Shown here piece after piece: positions 35,124 to 39,996 of a DNA stretch of 39,996 nucleotides. Each line of letters starts with the position of its first letter. The first letter of the stretch is position 1. This stretch comes from Chloroflexota bacterium (lineage in GTDB: Bacteria; Chloroflexota; Limnocylindria; QHBO01): NCBI GenBank assembly GCA_039932235.1, contig JBDTQJ010000003.1, positions 1 to 39,996 on the forward strand, written 5' to 3'. The translations under genes were made by a program, and so were the position numbers. The notes under the pieces were generated by a model, which did no database searches, was not told where the DNA came from, and worked only from the letters and a program-made list of their open reading frames with translations.

Positions 35124-36551
35124 ATGGTCACCGCCGCCGAGGCCCTCCGCGCGGCGCCGCTCTTCGCCGACCTGCCGGACGCGGAGCTGGAGCGCCTCGC
35201 GTCCCTCTGCGAGCCGGTGCGGCTGGAGGCCGGCGACCTGCTCCTGCGCGAGGGCGAGCCGGGGGACGCGCTGTACGTCATCGTTGAGGGCGAGATCGAC
35301 GTGGTGCGCGGCAGTGGGGCGGACGAGGTTGCGCTGGCGCGGGTGGGACCAGGGAGCGTGCAGGGCGAGATGGCCCTGCTCGAGGGGCGCCCACGGAATG
35401 CCACGGCACGGGCGCTCACGCAGGTCGATGCGCTGCGCATCCCGGGCACCGCCATGCTGGACCTCCTGGCCACGCGGCCAGAGGCGTCGCTCGCGATCGT
35501 CCGCACCACCCTGGGCCGGCTCCGGTCGACCGAGGCGCTGCTCGCGCAGCGGGAGCGCCTGGCCTCGCTCGGCACCCTGGCGGCTGGACTGGCCCACGAG
35601 CTGAACAACCCGGCCGCGGCCATCCGCCGCAGCGTGGTGGGGCTCAGCGCCGACCTCGCCGCGCGGACTGCCGCGGCGGAGGAGCTGGCCGCCGCCGACG
35701 CACCGCGCCTGGCGGCCCTCGTGGCGGCCCGCCCGGCCAGCAACGAGGCCCCGCGCGACGCGCTGGACCGCTCGGACCGTGCCGAGGCGATCGGTGAGCG
35801 GCTGCGCGCCCTGGGCGCCGGCCACACGGACGAGGCCGCGGCCGCGCTCGTCGACGCGGGCTGGCAGGACGATGAGCTTGCCGCGGTGCTGGCACCGTAC
35901 GCGGACGGCCCGGTCGAGGCGGCGGTCGGCTGGCTGGCCAGCGTCGCCGGCGCGGAGGCGCTGCTGGCCGAGGTGCACTTGGCCGCCGAGCGTATGGGGG
36001 AGATCGTGCGCGCGGTGAAGGGCTACGCGTACCTGGACCAGGCGCCGGTGCAGCGTGTCGACCTGCGTGCCGGGCTGGAGGACACCCTGGTCATCCTGCG
36101 CCATCGGCTCCGCGAGATCGAGGTGCGGCGCACGTTCGCCAGCGACCTGCCGACCATCGAGGCGCATGGCGGCGAGCTCAACCAGGTGTGGACGAATCTC
36201 ATCGACAACGCCGTCGATGCGATGGACGGACGCGGGACGCTCGACATCGGCCTGCAGGCGGACGGATCAGGCGTGCGCGTCTCGATCTGCGACGACGGCC
36301 CCGGCATCCCCGTCGAGCTGGTGCCGCGGCTCTTCGAGCCGTTCGTCACCACCAAGGCGCCCGGGGTGGGCACCGGGCTCGGCCTCCATATCTCGCACCA
36401 GGTCGTCGCCCGTCACGGCGGACGCCTGGAGGTGGCCTCGCGCCCGGGCAGCACCTGCTTCACGGTGACGCTGCCCGGGGTGCAGCCGCAGCGTCAGCCG
36501 CCGGTCACCACCGGCTCGGAGTCGCCGCCCTCCTCGCCGATCTCCTCCTGA
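35124..36551 (+). CDS. Cytoplasmic histidine kinase with N-terminal cNMP-binding domain
   Basis: GEMALL..PRNAT; AHELNNP; [11 protein letters not shown]; GTGLGL. Confidence 0.92.
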   Translation: MVTAAEALRAAPLFADLPDAELERLASLCEPVRLEAGDLLLREGEPGDALYVIVEGEIDVVRGSGADEVALARVGPGSVQGEMALLEGRPRNATARALTQVDALRIPGTAMLDLLATRPEASLAIVRTTLGRLRSTEALLAQRERLASLGTLAAGLAHELNNPAAAIRRSVVGLSADLAARTAAAEELAAADAPRLAALVAARPASNEAPRDALDRSDRAEAIGERLRALGAGHTDEAAAALVDAGWQDDELAAVLAPYADGPVEAAVGWLASVAGAEALLAEVHLAAERMGEIVRAVKGYAYLDQAPVQRVDLRAGLEDTLVILRHRLREIEVRRTFASDLPTIEAHGGELNQVWTNLIDNAVDAMDGRGTLDIGLQADGSGVRVSICDDGPGIPVELVPRLFEPFVTTKAPGVGTGLGLHISHQVVARHGGRLEVASRPGSTCFTVTLPGVQPQRQPPVTTGSESPPSSPISS

Positions 36552-36781
36552 CCGAGGTCGGTGGGGTCCTCCGCCTGGCCCTCGCGCTGCCCGTAGGCCG
36601 CATCCGGACTCTGCCCGTACGCGTCCTGGGTCGTCTGCGTGGGTTGCGACGGATCGTGCTCGGCGGGCGCCCCCTCGTCGGCGGCCTGCTCGCGCTGGGT
36701 GGCGTCGCGCTCGCCGGCCTCGACCGGCTCCTGCTCCGTGCCGTGGGTCTCGCCGGTCGTCCGGCCCGGGTCGTTGCTCAT
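36494..36781 (-). CDS. Acidic, hydrophilic, probably disordered protein (95 aa)
   Basis: E/D/Q/G/T-rich; SD GGAGG 9 nt upstream. Confidence 0.65.
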   Translation of the reverse strand: MSNDPGRTTGETHGTEQEPVEAGERDATQREQAADEGAPAEHDPSQPTQTTQDAYGQSPDAAYGQREGQAEDPTDLGQEEIGEEGGDSEPVVTGG

Positions 36782-36845
36782 CGGTCTGGTCCTCCAGCAG
36801 TGGGTTGACCGATGCCTGCGAGGCACGCCGCGTGCCAGCGGTGCG

Positions 36846-37313
36846 TCAGCCGAACGCACCGAACAGCTGGGCCAGCAGCCAGATCGAGAGCGCGATCCCG
36901 CCGACGATGATCAGCGCCCCGATGACGAGCACGCTGACCACGAAGCCCAGGTCCCCGCTCGTGCTGGTCTGGGGCTCCAGGGCGTGCGTGCGGAACAGGG
37001 CCACGTTGCGCTCGTTCGCCTTGAACCACAGGTCGAACGCGTCGCCGAGCACGGGGATTGCCCCGATCACCAGGTCGAGGCCCATGTTGATCAGCATCCG
37101 GATGACGGTGATGCGGGGCACCCCGTGGCCCGCGGCGCGCAGCACGACGAACAGCGAGGCGCCGCTGCTCACCAGGTCGCCGACGCCCGGCACGAAGCCG
37201 ATGATCGCGTCCAGTCCGATCCGCCGCCCGGTGCCGGGGATCGGGATGCTGTTGTCCATCAGCCACGCCAAGGCCTCCAGGTCGGCGGGCGCGCGACGGT
37301 CGCGGTTCGTCAT
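36846..37313 (-). CDS. DUF4112-family membrane protein
   Basis: [25 protein letters not shown] and GD.FD..FKAN.RN. Confidence 0.88.
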   Translation of the reverse strand: MTNRDRRAPADLEALAWLMDNSIPIPGTGRRIGLDAIIGFVPGVGDLVSSGASLFVVLRAAGHGVPRITVIRMLINMGLDLVIGAIPVLGDAFDLWFKANERNVALFRTHALEPQTSTSGDLGFVVSVLVIGALIIVGGIALSIWLLAQLFGAFG

Positions 37314-37354
37314 GCGGGCGCGTCAGCGCACGGCCCGTGCCAGCGCGGCGCCAC

Positions 37355-37384
37355 TTGACGGGCCCCCGCGGCGGCGCGTACCGT
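37355..37384 (+). promoter_or_regulatory. Sigma70 promoter TTGACG-N18-TACCGT for the T-box leader
   Basis: Consensus-like hexamers just upstream of Stem I. Confidence 0.65.
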
Positions 37385-37399
37385 CCCGCATCACAACCG

Positions 37400-37715
37400 A
37401 AGACGGCGATGATCGGGACGAGTACCCGCTCACAGCGAGCCCACAGGGAGCCGGGACAGCTGAGACCCCGGCGGCGGCGCGAGCGGTGAATGGCCCCGAG
37501 AGCTCCGGCGGCGAACGCGCCCCACGCGGGACCAACGCAACTAGCCACCGGCGGAGAGGCACCGATATCGAGGCCGAGGCCATCGAGCGGCGCGCGGGTG
37601 CGACCCACGCATCGGTCCGTGGTCGAATGAGCCGGGGACGAGAACACCCCCGGGAACAACGGTGGCACCGTGAGATGACCCCCTCGCCCGTTGCGGCGAC
37701 GGGGTCGTGTTGTTC
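37400..37715 (+). ncRNA. T-box riboswitch, Trp specifier (UGG)
   Basis: GCGATGA/AGTA, CAGGGAG and GCTGAGA motifs; GAA-TGG specifier at 37491-37493; T-box AACAACGGTGGCACCG; CAACGG/CCGTTG antiterminator; terminator 37677-37706. Confidence 0.92.
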
Positions 37716-37737
37716 TCACGGAGGCTTCAGACACGCC

Positions 37738-39057
37738 ATGACGGTCACCATCTCCCGCACCCAGCGTCGCTTCGTCCTGCCAGAGGATCGGCTGCCGACG
37801 CACTACGTCAACATCGCGGCCGACCTGCCGGTCCCGCTGCCGCCACCCCTGCACCCGGGGACCCGCGAGCCGATCGGCCCCGAGATGCTCGCCCCGCTCT
37901 TCCCGATGGCCCTCATCCGCCAGGAGGTGAGCGCGGATCCAATGATCGAGATCCCCGAAGAGGTGCGCGAGGCGTATCGCAGCTACCGCCCGACCCCGCT
38001 GCAGCGGGCGATCGGCCTCGAACGTGCGCTCGATACGCCGGCGCACATCTACTTCAAGAACGAGTCGGTCTCCCCGGCCGGCAGCCACAAGCTGAACACC
38101 GCCATCCCGCAGGCCTTCTACAACCGCGAGGAGGGCATCACCAAGCTCGCCACCGAGACCGGCGCGGGACAATGGGGGAGCGCGCTCGCCATCGCGGGTG
38201 CGATGTTCGGGCTCGACGTTGACGTCTTCATGGTCCGCGTCAGCTACGACCAGAAGCCATATCGGCGCAGCTTCATCCAGAGCTTCGGGGCCGACGTGGT
38301 CCCGTCACCGAGCGAGCGCACCAACGCGGGCCGCGCCATCCTGGCCGCCGAGCCGGACTCGACCGGCAGCCTGGGGATCGCGATCAGCGAGGCGGTCGAG
38401 GTGGCCGCCACCCACGAGGACGTGAAGTACTCGCTGGGGAGCGTGCTCAACCACGTCCTGCTGCACCAGACGGTCATCGGCCAGGAGGCCATGGGCCAGA
38501 TGGAGATGGCGGGCGAGGCACCGGACGTGGTGATCGGCTGCGCCGGCGGCGGATCCAACTTCGCGGGGATCGCCTTCCCGTTCCTGCGCGACCGGCTGCG
38601 GGGGGCGAGCAGCACGCGCTTCCTGGCCGTGGAGCCCGCTTCGTGTCCCAGCCTCACCCAGGGCGAGTATCGGTATGACTTCGGCGATACGGCCGGGACC
38701 ACGCCGCTGCTCAAGATGCACACCCTGGGCAACGACTTCCGTCCGGCGCCGATCCACGCCGGCGGGCTGCGCTACCACGGCATGGCGCCGCTGGTGTCGC
38801 ACCTCTACGACCTCGGCTTCCTGGAAGCGAAGGCCTATGCCCAGAACACGTGCTTCGACGCGGCGCTGCAGTTCGCCCGCGCCGAGGGGATCGTCCCGGC
38901 CCCCGAGTCGTCGCACGCCATCCGGGCGGCGATCGACGAGGCACTCGAGGCGCGCGAGGCGGGGGAGAGTCGGGTCATCCTCTTCAACCTCTCCGGGCAC
39001 GGCCTCTTCGACATGGCGGCCTACGACGCCTACCTGGCGGGCGGCCTGGTGGACTAG
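37738..39057 (+). CDS. trpB2: TrpB-like PLP enzyme (tryptophan synthase beta type 2)
   Basis: [40 protein letters not shown] and NLSGHG; long N-terminal extension typical of TrpB2. Confidence 0.93.
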   Translation: MTVTISRTQRRFVLPEDRLPTHYVNIAADLPVPLPPPLHPGTREPIGPEMLAPLFPMALIRQEVSADPMIEIPEEVREAYRSYRPTPLQRAIGLERALDTPAHIYFKNESVSPAGSHKLNTAIPQAFYNREEGITKLATETGAGQWGSALAIAGAMFGLDVDVFMVRVSYDQKPYRRSFIQSFGADVVPSPSERTNAGRAILAAEPDSTGSLGIAISEAVEVAATHEDVKYSLGSVLNHVLLHQTVIGQEAMGQMEMAGEAPDVVIGCAGGGSNFAGIAFPFLRDRLRGASSTRFLAVEPASCPSLTQGEYRYDFGDTAGTTPLLKMHTLGNDFRPAPIHAGGLRYHGMAPLVSHLYDLGFLEAKAYAQNTCFDAALQFARAEGIVPAPESSHAIRAAIDEALEAREAGESRVILFNLSGHGLFDMAAYDAYLAGGLVD

Positions 39058-39104
39058 ACCGATGGGGGTCGGGGCGCCCGCCTGCGGGCGCCCCGACATC
39101 GGTC
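39057..39104 (+). terminator. Long hairpin after trpB2
   Basis: gtcggggcgcccg-cctg-cgggcgccccgac (13 bp) plus outer gaccgat/atcggtc. Confidence 0.7.
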
Positions 39105-39117
39105 CATCATGGGTTCC

Positions 39118-39996
39118 ATGAGCCTGCGCTTCGGACTCCAGATCAGCTCCTTCACCTGGCCGGGCGGCGACGCTGAGATCGGTCCGACCTTCGGGCGCGT
39201 CGTGCGGACGGCCGACGAGGCAGGCTTCGACTCCATCTGGGTGATGGATCACTTCTTCCAGATCCGCAGCGTCGGCGCCGCCGACGAGCCCATGCTGGAG
39301 GGCTTCTCGGCGCTCGCCTACGCCGCGGCACTCACCCGTCGCGCGCGGCTGGGGCTGATGGTCGGCGGCATTCACTACCGGCAGCCGGCGCTGTGGATCA
39401 AGGCCGCCACCACGCTCGATGTCCTTTCCGGTGGGCGCGCCTGGTTCGGCATCGGCGCGGCGTGGAACGAGGAGGAGTCGACCGGCCTCGGCTTCCCGAT
39501 GCCGGCCCTGGGCACGCGCTTCCGGATGCTCGAGGAGACGCTCCAGATGGCCCACGCCATGTGGTCCGGCGAGCGTGGCAGCGGTGAGCGTTTCGAGGGA
39601 CGGACCGTCACCGCGACGCGGCTCCTGAATTCGCCGCAGGCCCTCAGCCGCCCGCGGATCCCGATCATGATCGGGGGTGGCGGGGAGCGGAAGACCCTGC
39701 GCCTGGTGGCGAAGTACGGCGATGCGACCAACGTCTTCGGCGGGCCGGAGCAGATCGCTCACAAGTACGCGGTCCTGCGCGAGCACTGCGACGAGCTGGG
39801 ACGGCCGTACGAGGAGATTCAGCGCAGCGTGCTGCAGCGCATCGACCTGGATGCGGAGGAGCCGGCACGCACGGTCGAGCGCTTCGCGGCGCTTGCCGAG
39901 GCAGGTGCCCAGATGATCATCTTCAGCGTGCGCGGGGTGAACGACACCGCACGCTTGGAGCGAGTCGCCAGGGAAATTCTGGAGCCCCTCCGCTAG
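39118..39996 (+). CDS. LLM-class F420-dependent oxidoreductase
   Basis: GFDSIWVMDHFFQI, TLDVLSGGRAWFGIGAAW and GGGGERKTLRLVA. Confidence 0.9.
   Translation: MSLRFGLQISSFTWPGGDAEIGPTFGRVVRTADEAGFDSIWVMDHFFQIRSVGAADEPMLEGFSALAYAAALTRRARLGLMVGGIHYRQPALWIKAATTLDVLSGGRAWFGIGAAWNEEESTGLGFPMPALGTRFRMLEETLQMAHAMWSGERGSGERFEGRTVTATRLLNSPQALSRPRIPIMIGGGGERKTLRLVAKYGDATNVFGGPEQIAHKYAVLREHCDELGRPYEEIQRSVLQRIDLDAEEPARTVERFAALAEAGAQMIIFSVRGVNDTARLERVAREILEPLR

Noticed and set aside
36805-37737. N-terminal 311 aa of the 750-aa ORF containing trpB2
   Set aside because: It is an open frame across the antisense DUF4112 gene and the T-box leader; the real start is ATG 37738 after GGAGG.
1-39996. CRISPR arrays, IS elements, prophage or known defence systems
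   Set aside because: No regularly spaced repeats, cas, transposase, integrase or phage structural genes were seen.

Overview
High-GC, gene-dense bacterial chromosome segment of about 44 CDS with no rRNA, tRNA, CRISPR array or mobile element that I can detect. A T-box riboswitch, two F420-type oxidoreductase genes and pervasive leaderless promoters suggest Chloroflexota or Actinomycetota (inference). Recognisable genes include a MocR regulator, an S41 peptidase lipoprotein, a Tat-exported GH3, dps, a tandem dynamin-like GTPase pair, two OmpR-type two-component systems, an ECF sigma/zinc anti-sigma/lipoprotein operon, msrA, aroK, an SRAP peptidase, a PPi-type pfk, PadR with a Rieske fusion, a REC-TrxB/cNMP-kinase pair and trpB2 under a Trp T-box. 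The most interesting signals are non-coding. (1) An ECF-type promoter motif, YGTCAC-N18-CTC, occurs four times with identical spacing in intergenic DNA, including in front of the ECF sigma gene itself. (2) A ~105-nt three-way-junction RNA sits behind a promoter and four DnaA-like boxes, upstream of a two-domain arrestin-like gene. (3) Two small membrane-peptide genes are missed or mis-started by the ORF track, one with its SD buried in a hairpin. All family calls come from motif recognition by eye; no database searches were run.
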